From positions 7,059 through 71,058 of the forward strand of contig JAIXSA010000018.1 of NCBI GenBank assembly GCA_027484915.1: 64,000 nt of DNA, read 5' to 3'. Made by a program: the position numbers and the translations under genes. The notes below the pieces were generated by a model. That model saw only the letters and a program-made list of their open reading frames with translations, was not told where the DNA came from and ran no database searches. This document shows positions 1-10,657 of this stretch, one piece after another (position 1 is the first letter of the stretch; the number at the start of each line of letters is the position of its first letter). This stretch comes from Paracoccaceae bacterium. Lineage in GTDB: Bacteria > Pseudomonadota > Alphaproteobacteria > Rhodobacterales > Rhodobacteraceae.

Positions 1-168
1 CCTTGCGACGGCGGTCTTTCCATAGTCCCAAAGGCGGTCGGGGGTGCGGTGGGCAGAAACGATCTTCGCCTCGTAAAGGATGCCGAGGTCGTCCAGGATC
101 TCGGCGGCGGCTTTCATGGTGGGCCAGTCGCTTTGCGACCCCATGATGATTCCGACGGATACGGCCAT
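1..168 (-). CDS. purE: N5-carboxyaminoimidazole ribonucleotide mutase, 5' part (runs off window start)
   Basis: Manual translation from ATG at 168: [46 protein letters not shown]; IIMGSxSD and SAHRTP are PurE motifs. Confidence 0.95.
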   Translation of the reverse strand, partial: MAVSVGIIMGSQSDWPTMKAAAEILDDLGILYEAKIVSAHRTPDRLWDYGKTAVAR

Positions 169-240
169 GAGCGCCCCCTTGGTTTCAGGCGCGATTACCT
201 TGGCTGGCCGAAAGGGGCAAGTCTTTGGCGCAAAGGGGCG

Positions 241-459
241 TCAGGCGATGATATCGGGGATCAGCATATCCTCGATCTTCACGATCTGGTCCTTCAGCGA
301 CAGCTTCTGCTTCTTCAACCGGCGGAGGGTCAGCGCATCGGGACGGCCGTTGGTTTCCAGGGCATGAATGGCCTCGTCCAGATCGCGGTGTTCGCGACGG
401 AGGACTTCCAGACGGATGCCCAGCATCTCTTCATGGCTGAGTTCGGTGGGGGCGTTCAT
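241..459 (-). CDS. DUF465/YdcH family small coiled-coil protein
   Basis: 72 aa, EHRDLDEAI...RLKKQKLSLKDQI pattern. Confidence 0.88.
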   Translation of the reverse strand: MNAPTELSHEEMLGIRLEVLRREHRDLDEAIHALETNGRPDALTLRRLKKQKLSLKDQIVKIEDMLIPDIIA

Positions 460-574
460 GGCTGTGACGAATCGGTTCCTGCCTTTCGCACAGGATATAG
501 GAAGCCTTCGCGAAGCGTGAAGGTTTCTGCGCGAATTCGCGTCGGAATGACCGGATTTCGCGGGGCGGCGGGGG

Positions 575-603
575 CTTGCGAGGTTCTCTCGGCGGCCCCA
601 TAT
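575..603 (+). promoter_or_regulatory. RpoH (sigma32)-type heat-shock promoter of the Hsp20 operon
   Basis: CTTG (575-578)-N17-CCCCATAT (596-603) upstream of a small heat-shock protein gene. Confidence 0.65.
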
Positions 604-670
604 TCATGCGATGCGGTGCCTGAGACAGGGCCGCGAAGACCGAACCGTCGCTTATGCCAAGGACTGTCCG

Positions 671-1108
671 ATGACGAAACTGAGCTTTGGGGCCCACCCG
701 TATCTTCTGGGGTTCGAGCAGCTGGAACGGCTGGTGGAACGCACCGCGAAATCGGGGGCCGAGGGCTATCCTCCGTTCAACATCGAGGCGGTGGCCGACA
801 ACGCCTACCGGATCACCCTGGCCGTCGCGGGCTTCCGCGAGGAAGACCTGTCGATCACCGTGGAGGACCGGCAGCTTGTGGTGCGCGGCCGCCAGGCCGA
901 CGATGTGGGCGAGCGGGTGTTCCTGCACCGCGGGATCGCCAGCCGCGCATTCCAGCGCAGTTTCGTCCTGGCCGACGGGGTCGAGGTTGCGGGGGCCACG
1001 ATGGAGAACGGGCTTCTCCACGTCGACCTGCGCCGCCACGTCCCGGAAACCGTGGTGCAGACGATCCGGATCGGTCGCAAGGATGCCAGCCAGAAAGGGG
1101 GCAAATGA
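671..1108 (+). CDS. Hsp20/IbpA family small heat shock protein
   Basis: YPPFNIE, LAVAGF, FLHRGIA, F.LADGVEV..A.MENGLL motifs; start taken at ATG 671. Confidence 0.92.
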   Translation: MTKLSFGAHPYLLGFEQLERLVERTAKSGAEGYPPFNIEAVADNAYRITLAVAGFREEDLSITVEDRQLVVRGRQADDVGERVFLHRGIASRAFQRSFVLADGVEVAGATMENGLLHVDLRRHVPETVVQTIRIGRKDASQKGGK

Positions 1109-1335
1109 TGAATACGCCATTCAACGGATTGCCGCAGGGCGCGGACCGCATCGTCTATGTCCGCGAGATCGCGGTCACAGACCTGCCGGACGAGGTGCGC
1201 GAGCAGATGGACGGGCTGGACGTGATCTGGTCGGTCCACGGGGCGGACGGGCGTCAGCTGGCGCTGGTCGCGGACCGCAAGCTTGCGTTCCACCTGGCGC
1301 GCGAGCATGACTTCACGCCCGTAAGCGTGCACTGA
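1105..1335 (+). CDS. DUF1150 family protein
   Basis: C-terminal 76 aa of ORF 49..1335: RIVYVREI...HGADGRQLALV.DR..AF..AREHD..PVSVH; ATGA overlap with Hsp20 stop. Confidence 0.88.
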   Translation: MMNTPFNGLPQGADRIVYVREIAVTDLPDEVREQMDGLDVIWSVHGADGRQLALVADRKLAFHLAREHDFTPVSVH

Positions 1336-1443
1336 CGGCGGGCTTCGTCAGCACGGATAGGCTGGCAATTCCCAAGTAGAACTGGCCTTTGGTGACGGAA
1401 CGGCTACGCTGAGGCGTACATGTCGTTGGTGTCATCGGAGGTC

Positions 1444-1920
1444 ATGTTGAAAACCACTACCGGATATTCGGGGCTGCAGATCGGCCTGCACTGGCTGATC
1501 GCGATCCTCATCGTCACCGCCTGGTTCACCGGCGAAGGCGCGGGCGAAGCGATGGAAACCATCGAGGAGGGCGGCGTCGCGGGCTTTGTGCCGCATGTGG
1601 CCATCGGCCTTGCGATTCTGGCCTTCGTCGTGCTGCGGGTGCTGGTGCGCCTGGGTCGCGGTGCCCCGGCCGCGCCCGGCGCGCCGGGTAGCCTGTCGGT
1701 GACGGCGGCGGATTGGGGCCACCGGCTGCTCTACCTGATGATGATCGCCGTGCCGATCGGGGGCCTCAGCACATTCTTCCAGCTGGCCGATGTTGGCGAG
1801 ATCCACGGGCTGGCGGCCAATGCGCTGATGATCGTCATACTGGGCCACGCGCTGATGGCGCTGTATCACCAGTACGTCCTGAAGGATGGACTTCTGCGCC
1901 GCATGATGAAGGCGGGATAA
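1444..1920 (+). CDS. Cytochrome b561/HupC-like di-heme membrane protein
   Basis: YSGLQIGLHW, four hydrophobic segments with heme His residues, C-terminal ALYHQY.LKDGLLRRM. Confidence 0.85.
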   Translation: MLKTTTGYSGLQIGLHWLIAILIVTAWFTGEGAGEAMETIEEGGVAGFVPHVAIGLAILAFVVLRVLVRLGRGAPAAPGAPGSLSVTAADWGHRLLYLMMIAVPIGGLSTFFQLADVGEIHGLAANALMIVILGHALMALYHQYVLKDGLLRRMMKAG

Positions 1921-1927
1921 TGCAAAC

Positions 1928-1955
1928 GGCCGCACCCCTGGGCGCGGCCTTTTTT
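1928..1955 (+). terminator. Intrinsic terminator
   Basis: GGCCGC...GCGGCC stem followed by a T6 run, between convergent genes. Confidence 0.7.
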
Positions 1956-1972
1956 CGTTTTTGTCCCGGCGA

Positions 1973-3679
1973 TCAGGCCTTGATCAGGCCCATCTGTTCC
2001 AGCTTCAGCAGGACCTGGTGGGCGCAGTGGTCGACGTCCACGTTTTCGGTGTCGACGACCAGCTCGGCATGGGTCGGAGCCTCGTAGGGGTCGGAGATCC
2101 CGGTGAACTCCTTGATCTTGCCTTCGCGCGCCAGCTTGTAGAGACCCTTGCGGTCGCGGCGTTCGCATTCCTCGATGCTGGTCGCGACGTGGACTTCGAC
2201 GAATGCGCCGAAGGCTTCGACCATCTCGCGCACGGCGCGGCGGGTCGCGGTGTAGGGTGCGATGGGCGCGCAGATCGCGATGCCGCCGTTCTTGGTGATC
2301 TCGCTGGCCACATAGCCGATCCGCTTGATGTTCAGGTCGCGGTGTTCCTTCGAGAACCCCAGTTCCGAGGACAGGTGCTTGCGGACCACGTCACCGTCCA
2401 GCAGCGTGACGGGACGCCCGCCCATCTCCATCAGCTTGACCATCAGCGCGTTGGCGATGGTGGATTTGCCGCTGCCGGACAGGCCGGTGAAGAAGACGGT
2501 GAAGCCCTGTCTCGACCGCGCGGGGCTGGTCTTGCGCAACTCGTTGACCACCTCGGGGAAGGAGAACCACTCCGGGATGTCCAGCCCTTCGCGGAGGCGG
2601 CGGCGCAGTTCGGTGCCGGAAATGTCGAGGACGGTAGAGCCTTCGGGGATCTCGTTCGCGGGGTAGTACTGGGCCTTTTCCTGCACGTAGACCATGTGCT
2701 TGAAGTCGACCATTTCGATGCCGATTTCCTTGGCGTGCTGGGCGAAAAGCTCCTGCGCGGCGTAGGGGTCGTAGAAGTCCTTGCCGGCGCTGTTCTTGCC
2801 CGGACCGGCGTGGTCGCGTCCGACGATCATGTGGGTGCAGCCGTGGTTCTTGCGGATGATGCCGTGCCAGACAGCCTCACGCGGGCCGGCCATGCGCATG
2901 GCGAGGTTGAGGAGGCTGAGGGCTGTGGTCTGGGCCGGATACTTGTCCAGCACAGCCTCATAGCAGCGGACGCGGGTGAAGTGGTCGACGTCGCCGGGTT
3001 TGGTCATGCCGACGACGGGATGGATCAGCAGGTTCGCCTCGGCCTCACGCGCGGCGCGGAAGGTCAGTTCCTGGTGCGCGCGGTGGAGCGGGTTGCGGGT
3101 CTGGAAGGCCACGACCTTGCGCCAGCCGAGCTTGCGGAAGAGGGCGCGGAGTTCGTTCGGCGTGTCGCGGCGGGCCTTGAAGTCATAGTGCACCGGCTGC
3201 TGGATGCCGGTGATCGGGCCGCCGAGGTAGGCCTTGCCGGCGGTGTTGTGCAGGTAGTTCACGGACGGATGGGCAAGGTCGTCGGCGCCGAAGACCTTTT
3301 CAGCCTCGACCGCCTTGTTCGGGACCCACTTGTCGGAGATCGACAGGATGGCGAGGATCACGCCTTCCTGGTCGCGGAGTGCTATGTCCTGGCCGGGTTC
3401 GACCTTGTCGGCGAAAGCTTCCGAGACGTCCAGCGTGATCGGGATCGGGAAGAGCGTGCCGTCGGCGGTGCGCATGTTGACGACGACGCCGTCGTAATCG
3501 GCCTGGCCCATGAACCCTTTCAGCGGCGCGAAGCCGCCGTTCATCAGAAGTTCAAGGTCACAGATCTGGCGCGGCGTGAGGTCCCAGGACGGCAATTGCC
3601 CGGCCTCGACCTTCAGCTTCTGGGCCGAGTCGTAGGAGACATAAAGCTCGGAGATCGGGGCGTGGTTTTGCAGGTACAT
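1973..3679 (-). CDS. sat: Bifunctional sulfate adenylyltransferase/adenylylsulfate kinase
   Basis: FQTRNPLHRAH, VGRDHAG, then APS kinase FFTGLSGSGKST, LLDGD, DPYE; start taken at 3679. Confidence 0.96.
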   Translation of the reverse strand: MYLQNHAPISELYVSYDSAQKLKVEAGQLPSWDLTPRQICDLELLMNGGFAPLKGFMGQADYDGVVVNMRTADGTLFPIPITLDVSEAFADKVEPGQDIALRDQEGVILAILSISDKWVPNKAVEAEKVFGADDLAHPSVNYLHNTAGKAYLGGPITGIQQPVHYDFKARRDTPNELRALFRKLGWRKVVAFQTRNPLHRAHQELTFRAAREAEANLLIHPVVGMTKPGDVDHFTRVRCYEAVLDKYPAQTTALSLLNLAMRMAGPREAVWHGIIRKNHGCTHMIVGRDHAGPGKNSAGKDFYDPYAAQELFAQHAKEIGIEMVDFKHMVYVQEKAQYYPANEIPEGSTVLDISGTELRRRLREGLDIPEWFSFPEVVNELRKTSPARSRQGFTVFFTGLSGSGKSTIANALMVKLMEMGGRPVTLLDGDVVRKHLSSELGFSKEHRDLNIKRIGYVASEITKNGGIAICAPIAPYTATRRAVREMVEAFGAFVEVHVATSIEECERRDRKGLYKLAREGKIKEFTGISDPYEAPTHAELVVDTENVDVDHCAHQVLLKLEQMGLIKA

Positions 3680-3914
3680 CGGACAACCTTTCAGCACGGA
3701 CGGGGCCGCATTTGCCGGGTCCGTAGCCCGACAGACGGGCGGAATTCAAGCGAAGGCAGGGCTTTCCGGCCAGAAAAGGCGGAAATGCCACCTGTTTTCG
3801 CGTGTCAGGACTGCTGTTCCGCAAGTGCACAAGCCGCTGGATGGATTTCCCGGTCAGTCCCGGATACGCCGATGATCGTGGAACATGGTTCCGGGCGTCG
3901 GGGTGAGGTCGGGC

Positions 3915-4286
3915 TTAGTCGCGCAGGACTCTAGCCAGGACAAGCCCCGCAAGCGGGAGGGCGATGCTGGCCGAGACGATGCCGCTGATCCCATCGGTCC
4001 AGTCGTGATCCGGCCCGACGGAGCGCCCGATTGCGTAAAGCACGAAGGCCAGCCACCAGAAGATGACATAGGTCCAGACCCGGTCGATCCGGTCGTAGCG
4101 GACCATCAGCCAGATGCCGACGAAGGCGATGGCCGCGCCAAGTTTCGCGACGGCCTGTCCGACGACGAAGGCCAGCCGGTCCTCGTCCAATGGTTTGCCG
4201 GTGACCAAGGCAACGGCCCCCTGCGCAATAAACGCGGAAAGCAGGAGGGCCAGGTAGACCAGCAGGAGGGACAGGGCGATCTGCAT
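3915..4286 (-). CDS. Hypothetical 4-TM membrane protein
   Basis: 123 aa with four hydrophobic segments; collinear downstream of rppH. Confidence 0.65.
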   Translation of the reverse strand: MQIALSLLLVYLALLLSAFIAQGAVALVTGKPLDEDRLAFVVGQAVAKLGAAIAFVGIWLMVRYDRIDRVWTYVIFWWLAFVLYAIGRSVGPDHDWTDGISGIVSASIALPLAGLVLARVLRD

Positions 4287-4358
4287 GACAGGACCGTGCT
4301 TGCAGGAAATGGAGTCAACGAGGAACCGGTCGAATTCTGCGCCGAATCCGGATTCCGC

Positions 4359-4847
4359 TCAAGCCAGATAGGCGCGGAAGCTGCGGATGACTTCTTCGTA
4401 CACCGTGCGTTTGAAGGGGACGATCCCGGCGACCATCTCGTCCGCCAGGATCCAGCGCCAGGTCGAGAATTCCGGGTGGTCCGTGGCGATCCGGATGTCG
4501 CTGTCCTTGCCCTTGAAGCGGAACAGGAACCATTTCTGCCGCTGGCCCCGGAACTTGCCGCCCCAGACCTTGCCCAGAAGCTCGGGCGGCAGGTCGTAGG
4601 TCACCCAGCCATGCGTCTTCCCGACGAATTCCACCATGTCGCGGGTGACGCCGGTTTCCTCCCACAGCTCGCGATAGGCGGCCTCGCGCGGTTTTTCGCC
4701 CTCGTCGATCCCGCCCTGCGGCATCTGCCAGGCGGGAGGAGCTCCAGGGGGGCTGTCGATGCGCTGGCCGGCGAAGACCATGCCGCGGGCGTCGATGAGG
4801 ACGACGCCCACGCAGGGCCGGTAAGGCAGGCTTTCGGCGTCGACCAT
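4359..4847 (-). CDS. rppH: RNA pyrophosphohydrolase (Nudix)
   Basis: [20 protein letters not shown]...[11 protein letters not shown] Nudix box, GQRQKWF, VPFKR.VY. Confidence 0.95.
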   Translation of the reverse strand: MVDAESLPYRPCVGVVLIDARGMVFAGQRIDSPPGAPPAWQMPQGGIDEGEKPREAAYRELWEETGVTRDMVEFVGKTHGWVTYDLPPELLGKVWGGKFRGQRQKWFLFRFKGKDSDIRIATDHPEFSTWRWILADEMVAGIVPFKRTVYEEVIRSFRAYLA

Positions 4848-4851
4848 CGGG

Positions 4852-6201
4852 TCAGGGTTCTTCCTGGGCGATGGCGGTCAGGCCCTTGATGATGTCCACG
4901 GCATAGGCGAGCTGGTAATCCTCGTCCCGCAGCTTGGCCGATTCCTCGGCGCGCTGCTGCTCTTCCTGGTAGAGCCGCTTTTCTTCCTCGGTCATCGAGT
5001 CGTTGGTGATCGCACCCCGCAGGTCCGCTTCCGACCGTTCCTTGCGCGCGGCGGATTTCTCATCCTGGGCGGCAACCTCCTCGGCAGGCGGCGGGGCGGG
5101 CTGCTGGACGACGATGTCGGGCGAGATCCCCAGTGCCTGGATCGAGCGGCCCGAGGGCGTGTAGTAGCGCGCGGTGGTCAGGCGCATGGCCCCATCGCCG
5201 CGCAGCGGGATCAGGGTCTGGACCGAGCCCTTGCCGAAGCTTTTGGTGCCGACGACGATGGCCCGGCGATGGTCCTGCAACGCGCCTGCGACGATCTCGG
5301 ACGCCGAGGCGGAGCCGCCGTTGATCAGAAGGACGATGGGCTTGCCTTCGATCAGGTCGCCCGGCTTGGCGTTGTACCGTTCGCCGCTTTGCGGGTCGCG
5401 CCCCCGGGTGGAAACGATTTCGCCCTTGTCGAGGAAGCTGTCCGAGACGGTGATCGCTTCGTTCAGAAGGCCGCCGGGGTTGTTGCGCAGGTCGATGACC
5501 ACGCCGTCAAGGTTTGCCATCCCGCCCAGTTCTTCCAGGCCCTTCTTCAACTCTTCGTTGACGCCGCTGGTTGTCTGGTCGTTGAAGGTGGTGATCCGCA
5601 GCACGATGGTCTTGCCGACGACCCGGCCGCGCACGGCGGTCAGCTTGATCGTGTCCCGGATGATCGAGACGTCGAAGGGTTCGGGTGTTCCTTCGCGGAC
5701 GATGGTGATGATGATTTCCGACCCGACCGGGCCGCGCATCTTTTCGACCGCGTCGTCAAGGAGAAGGCCTGAGACCGGCTCGCCGTCGACATGGGTGATG
5801 AAGTCGCCCGCCAGGATCCCGGCCTTGTCGGCGGGGGTGTCGTCCATCGGGGCGATGACCTTGATGAAGCCTTCCTCTTGCGTGACCTCGATCCCGAGAC
5901 CGCCGAATTCGCCGCGGGTCTGGACCTGCATGTCCTCGAAGTCCTTGGCGGAGAGGTAGGACGAATGGGGGTCAAGCGAGGTCAGCATCCCGTTGATCGC
6001 AGCGGTGACCAGCTTGTCGGTCGGGACCTCTTCCACGTACTGCGCGCGCACCCGTTCAAAGATGTCGCCGAAAAGGTCGAGCTGGTCGTAGACCGAACTG
6101 TCCTGCACCGCTTCCTGCGCGACGAGGGGTCCGGCGATCTGCGTGGTCGCGATGACTCCGGCCACGGTTCCCACCAGCGCGGCGATCACATGTCTCTTCA
6201 T
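4852..6201 (-). CDS. ctpA: Carboxy-terminal processing protease, S41A with PDZ domain
   Basis: [46 protein letters not shown]. Confidence 0.95.
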   Translation of the reverse strand: MKRHVIAALVGTVAGVIATTQIAGPLVAQEAVQDSSVYDQLDLFGDIFERVRAQYVEEVPTDKLVTAAINGMLTSLDPHSSYLSAKDFEDMQVQTRGEFGGLGIEVTQEEGFIKVIAPMDDTPADKAGILAGDFITHVDGEPVSGLLLDDAVEKMRGPVGSEIIITIVREGTPEPFDVSIIRDTIKLTAVRGRVVGKTIVLRITTFNDQTTSGVNEELKKGLEELGGMANLDGVVIDLRNNPGGLLNEAITVSDSFLDKGEIVSTRGRDPQSGERYNAKPGDLIEGKPIVLLINGGSASASEIVAGALQDHRRAIVVGTKSFGKGSVQTLIPLRGDGAMRLTTARYYTPSGRSIQALGISPDIVVQQPAPPPAEEVAAQDEKSAARKERSEADLRGAITNDSMTEEEKRLYQEEQQRAEESAKLRDEDYQLAYAVDIIKGLTAIAQEEP

Positions 6202-6206
6202 CCTCG

Positions 6207-7322
6207 TCAGTCTCCTGTGCGGGCCAGTCCGTTGAACCACGGGATCGGGTCCACGGGGACGGCCCCCTGTCTGAGTTCCATATAAAGCGTTTCCGTGTCG
6301 CGCCCGCCAGAGCCATCTGGCGACCCGACCCTGAATTCCGCCGCAGGACCGGTTGGCCCGCCCATCAGGCCCAGGGGTGCATCTGCGGCGACAACCTCTC
6401 CCACTTCGCCATACAAGGTTTCCATCCCGGCAAGAACCAGGAGATAGCCGTCGCCGGGCTCGAGGATCATCACATTTCCGTAGTCGAGAAGCGGGCCGCG
6501 GTATCGGATGGTGGCGGGCCAGGGCGCGGTGACCAGGGCAAGGGGCTGAGTCGCGAGTGTGACGCCGGGACGGCGAACCCCGGCGGCATCGGCCTCATCC
6601 GGGCTGAGCAGGATCGTGCCCAGCACTGGCAGGGGCAGGCGGCCCTTCTCGGCGGCGAAGGTGGTGCCGCTTTCGGCGTCGGGCGACAGGCCTGCGGCGA
6701 AGGCATCCAGCGTGTCGGCGCTGTCAAGGAGGCCCTTGAGGACCTCGGGGTCATCCAGGAAGCGTTTCGGCAGGTCGGTGCGGTCCGAGATCGCCTTGGA
6801 GAGGTCCGTGCGGGCGGCTTGTGCGGTGGCAAGGCCGGTTTTCAGCACTTCTCCGGCCGAAAGCTGCAGGGCGCGGAGGTCGGCGAGTTCCTGAAGCTCG
6901 GCCTTCAGGGCGGCGGTCTCGGACTGCAGAGCGGGGGTCACGTCGGCGAGGATCATGCCGGACCGCGCGCTGCCGACGGCGCCTTCGGGGTGGAGAAGGA
7001 GGAGCGGGCCGGGGTTCGCCTCCATCGTCGCAAGCACGCCCAGTAGGCGGCCGATCCTGTCCCGCTTGGCGTCGAAGGCCTTTGTCAGCGCAGACTCGCG
7101 CAGTGCGGCTTCGCGCAGCGCACCGCGCAGGGCGGCAAGGCCGGATTCGTAGGCGCGGATGGTCTGGCTGAGAGCCGAGACGCGATCCCGCGCCTCGGTC
7201 GCGGCGTCGAGGGCGGCGACCGCCTCCTGCAGCTCGGCTGACGCCTTGGCCGCCTGCTCGGCCACGGTCTCGGCGCGCAGGGGCAGGGCCAGCAGGCACA
7301 GGAAAGCGGCGGTGCGGATCAT
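6207..7322 (-). CDS. envC: Murein hydrolase activator EnvC (coiled coil plus degenerate M23)
   Basis: Signal peptide, coiled coil, GPLLDYGNVMIL, LYMELR...PVDP; lies between gpmI and ctpA. Confidence 0.88.
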   Translation of the reverse strand: MIRTAAFLCLLALPLRAETVAEQAAKASAELQEAVAALDAATEARDRVSALSQTIRAYESGLAALRGALREAALRESALTKAFDAKRDRIGRLLGVLATMEANPGPLLLLHPEGAVGSARSGMILADVTPALQSETAALKAELQELADLRALQLSAGEVLKTGLATAQAARTDLSKAISDRTDLPKRFLDDPEVLKGLLDSADTLDAFAAGLSPDAESGTTFAAEKGRLPLPVLGTILLSPDEADAAGVRRPGVTLATQPLALVTAPWPATIRYRGPLLDYGNVMILEPGDGYLLVLAGMETLYGEVGEVVAADAPLGLMGGPTGPAAEFRVGSPDGSGGRDTETLYMELRQGAVPVDPIPWFNGLARTGD

Positions 7323-8836
7323 GCGATCAGGGTCTGGCCGGTCATTTCGGTGGGCTGGGGCAGGCCCATGAGCTGCAGAAGCGTGGGGGCAAGGTCGGCA
7401 AGCCTGCCGCTGCGCAGGGTGGCACCGGGGGGGCCGCCGACGAGGATCACCGGGACCGGGTTTGTGGTATGCGCGGTGTGCGGGCCGCCGGTGACGGGGT
7501 CGACCATCACCTCGCAGTTGCCGTGGTCGGCGGTGACGATCATCGCGCCGCCCTTCGCGGTAAGCGCCGCCAGCGCCCGGGTCAGGCCGCGGTCCACCGC
7601 CTCGCAGGCCTTGATCGCTGCGGGAAGGCTGCCGGTGTGGCCGACCATGTCGGGGTTGGCGTAATTGACGACGATGAGGTCATAGCCTTTCTCGATGGCG
7701 GCCACGAAATGGTCGGACACCTGATCCGCGCTCATTTCCGGCTGCAGGTCATAGGTCGCGACCTTGGGCGAGGACGGCATGGCGCGGTCTTCGCCGGGAT
7801 AGGGCTGTTCGCGCCCGCCGTTGAGGAAGAAGGTGACGTGGGGGTATTTCTCGGTCTCGGCCAGTCGGAACTGGGTCAGGCCGTGGCTGGCCACCCATTC
7901 CCCCAGCGTGTTGACAAGGACGCGCTTGGGGAAGGCGGTGCCCATGTAGGCGTTGTGGAGGTCGGAGTATTCGACCATTCCCAGCAAGGACGACCATTGC
8001 GGTCGGGTACCGGCGTCGAAGGCGGCGAACGTGGGGTCGCCGATGGCCGCCAGGATCTCGCGCGCGCGGTCGGCGCGGAAGTTCAGGCAGAAGACGCCGT
8101 CACCATCGCGGGCGCCGTGATAGCCGTCGATGACGGTGGGGGCGAGGAATTCGTCGGTCTCGCCCTTGCCATAGCTGTTCGACACGGCGGTCAGCGGGTC
8201 CGGCGCGGTCTCGCCCCGGGCGTGGACTATCGCGTCATAGGCGCGACTGACCCGCTCCCACCGGTTGTCGCGGTCCATCGCCCAGTAGCGGCCGATGACG
8301 GTGGCGATGCTGGCGCCGTAGGGCAGATGCTTGACCAGAGCCTCGACGAAGCCTTGGGCCGAAGAGGGGGCCACGTCGCGCCCGTCGGTCACGGCGTGCA
8401 GGGCCACGGGCACGCCAAGCGCGGTGATGGCGCGGCAGGCGGCGAGGACGTGGTTCACATGCCCGTGCACGCCCCCGTCCGAGACGACGCCCATCAGATG
8501 CGCGGTGCCGCCCCTGGCCTTCACCTTGGCGGCAAAGTCCAGGATCGCGGGGTTCTTCGCAAAGCTGCCGTCCTCGACCGCCAGATCGATCGCCCCAAGG
8601 TCCATCGCCACCACCCGGCCCGCGCCGATGTTGGTGTGCCCGACCTCGGAGTTCCCCATTTGCCCGGTCGGCAGGCCCACGTCGGGGCCAAAGGTGGTCA
8701 GCGTGGCGTGCGGGCAGGTGGCCCAGAGGTGGTTGAAGGTCGGCACGTGGGCCTGCGCGGGCGCTGAGGTGTCGGGGTTCGGGCCGATGCCCCAGCCGTC
8801 GAGGATGCACAGGACGACGGGTTTCGGGGCGGGCAT
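7319..8836 (-). CDS. gpmI: 2,3-bisphosphoglycerate-independent phosphoglycerate mutase
   Basis: VLCILDGWG, GNSEVGH, GRYWAMDRD, AETEKYPHVTFF, NYANPDMVGHTG, TADHGN. Confidence 0.97.
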   Translation of the reverse strand: MPAPKPVVLCILDGWGIGPNPDTSAPAQAHVPTFNHLWATCPHATLTTFGPDVGLPTGQMGNSEVGHTNIGAGRVVAMDLGAIDLAVEDGSFAKNPAILDFAAKVKARGGTAHLMGVVSDGGVHGHVNHVLAACRAITALGVPVALHAVTDGRDVAPSSAQGFVEALVKHLPYGASIATVIGRYWAMDRDNRWERVSRAYDAIVHARGETAPDPLTAVSNSYGKGETDEFLAPTVIDGYHGARDGDGVFCLNFRADRAREILAAIGDPTFAAFDAGTRPQWSSLLGMVEYSDLHNAYMGTAFPKRVLVNTLGEWVASHGLTQFRLAETEKYPHVTFFLNGGREQPYPGEDRAMPSSPKVATYDLQPEMSADQVSDHFVAAIEKGYDLIVVNYANPDMVGHTGSLPAAIKACEAVDRGLTRALAALTAKGGAMIVTADHGNCEVMVDPVTGGPHTAHTTNPVPVILVGGPPGATLRSGRLADLAPTLLQLMGLPQPTEMTGQTLIA

Positions 8837-8894
8837 TGGCGGTCTCCTTCTGTATTGGAAGGCTTTTACGCCCCGCCCGGTGGCAGAGCAACCG

Positions 8895-9791
8895 TCACGC
8901 CTGCCGCAAGGCCGCCTTCTCGCGCACCCGCTGGCGCCAGAGGGTGAAGACCCCCGCCGCCACCACGATCCCCGCGCCGACGGCGACGTTCACCCGCAGG
9001 CTTTCGCCGAAGACGACAAGGCCGATGCCACTGGCCCAGACCAGTTGCAAATAGGCGAAGGGCTGGATCGCCGAGGCCTCGGCCACCGCGAAGGCCCGGA
9101 TCAGAAGCCAGTGCCCCAGGGCGGCGCTGCAGCACAGGGTCGCCATCCAGGCCCAGTCGCCGGGGCTCATCGGCTCCCAATGGGCAAGGCCGAAGGGGGT
9201 CATCGCGACCGCGCCGACCACACCGGTCCAGAAGAAGCTGACGGTGGTGCTGTCCTTGCGCGCCACGAAGCGGGTCAAAAGCCCGTAAAGCGCGAACATC
9301 GCGGCGGCGAGCAACGGGACCAGCGCCCAGGGCGAGAAGACCCCGCCCCCCGGCTGCAGGATGATCAGGATGCCAAGGAAGCCGACCAGAATGGCCGTCC
9401 AGCGTCGCCAGCCGACCTTTTCGCCCAGGATCGGCCCGGAGAGGGCGGCAATCAGCAGGGGATAGCTGGCAAAGACGGCGTGCGCCTCGATCAGGCCCAG
9501 TTTCACGAAGCCGACCATCATGACCGCGATTTCGGCCACCAGGATCACCCCGCGCGCGAGCTGGTGCCAAGGATAGGCCGACCGGGCCGCCGCGCGAAGG
9601 CCGCCGTTGGACCGCGCCGCCAGCAGCATCACGAACAGCGCAAAGAACCAGAACCGAATCATCACGACCATCGTGACGTTGTAGGTCGACCCCAGGTGTC
9701 GCGAGATGCCGTCCTGCGCAGCGAAGACCAGCGTCGTCGCGATCATCAGCCAGATGCCGAGCTTTGTGTTCTGCACCGCCTGATGGGTCAT
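8895..9791 (-). CDS. DMT/EamA family transporter
   Basis: 10-TM pattern, LGEKVGWRRW, AEASAIQPFAYLQLVW; start 9791 inside ORF 8895..10751. Confidence 0.9.
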   Translation of the reverse strand: MTHQAVQNTKLGIWLMIATTLVFAAQDGISRHLGSTYNVTMVVMIRFWFFALFVMLLAARSNGGLRAAARSAYPWHQLARGVILVAEIAVMMVGFVKLGLIEAHAVFASYPLLIAALSGPILGEKVGWRRWTAILVGFLGILIILQPGGGVFSPWALVPLLAAAMFALYGLLTRFVARKDSTTVSFFWTGVVGAVAMTPFGLAHWEPMSPGDWAWMATLCCSAALGHWLLIRAFAVAEASAIQPFAYLQLVWASGIGLVVFGESLRVNVAVGAGIVVAAGVFTLWRQRVREKAALRQA

Positions 9792-10657
9792 GCCGATTTC
9801 CGCTCCAATGACAGGGCGTAGAGGCCGGCGGCGACGACGATCACGCTGCCCAGGGCGACGGGCAGTTCCAGCACCTCGCCATAGACGGCCATGCCGATGA
9901 CGGTGACGAAAACGAGCTGCAGGTAGGCATAGGGCTGAACCCGCGCCGCCTCGACCTGTTCGTAGCATTTCAGAAGCAGCCAGTGCGACAGGATCGACAG
10001 CGCGCAGTAGACGGCCAGAAATCCTGCGTCCTGCGGCAGCATCGGGGTCAAGTGCGGCAGGCCGATCCCGGTCATCAGCCCTGCGCCGATCACGCCGGGC
10101 CAGAAGAAGGCAGGGAAGGTCGCCTCGGTCCGGGTGGTCAGGCGGGTGAGGACCGAATAGAGCGCGAACATGAAGGCCGATGCCAGGGGCAGGATCGCCG
10201 CCCAGGAGAAGACGCCCATTCCGGGGCGCAGGATGACCAGGACGCCGACCAGCCCCGCGCCGACGGCGGCCCAGCGCTGCCAGATGATCCGCTCGCCCAG
10301 GATCGGGCCGGAGAGGGCAACGATCAGCAGCGGGCAGACCGAAAAGACGGCCAGCGAGTTGATCAGGCCGATCTGGGTGTATCCCCAGACGATCAGGCAG
10401 ATCTCCGCGACCAGCAGGCAGGATCGCACCAGATGCGTCGGCAGGCGGGTCGAGCGGATGGCAGGGCCGAACCCCTCGGGCCGGCGCAAGGCAAGGAAGA
10501 TCACGAAGCCTGCGAAGACCCAGTAGCGGATCATGATGATCATCTGGGTCGAGTAGGCCCCGGCCAGATGCTTGGCGAAGGCGTCCTGAGCCGCGAAGGT
10601 GGCGACGGCGGCCACCATCAGCCAGATGCCCAGGGTTGGATTGCGCGACGAGGTCAT
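9788..10657 (-). CDS. DMT/EamA family transporter (tandem paralogue)
   Basis: LGIWLMV, GPILGERI.WQRW, QPYAYLQLVF; 4-nt overlap with the downstream paralogue. Confidence 0.9.
   Translation of the reverse strand: MTSSRNPTLGIWLMVAAVATFAAQDAFAKHLAGAYSTQMIIMIRYWVFAGFVIFLALRRPEGFGPAIRSTRLPTHLVRSCLLVAEICLIVWGYTQIGLINSLAVFSVCPLLIVALSGPILGERIIWQRWAAVGAGLVGVLVILRPGMGVFSWAAILPLASAFMFALYSVLTRLTTRTEATFPAFFWPGVIGAGLMTGIGLPHLTPMLPQDAGFLAVYCALSILSHWLLLKCYEQVEAARVQPYAYLQLVFVTVIGMAVYGEVLELPVALGSVIVVAAGLYALSLERKSA

Noticed and set aside
1961-3934. Long antisense ORFs (e.g. 1961..3934+, 12486..13994-, 21663..22901-, 48994..50718-, 59074..61086-)
   Set aside because: They mirror well-supported genes on the opposite strand, carry no motifs, and are expected shadows of high-GC codon bias
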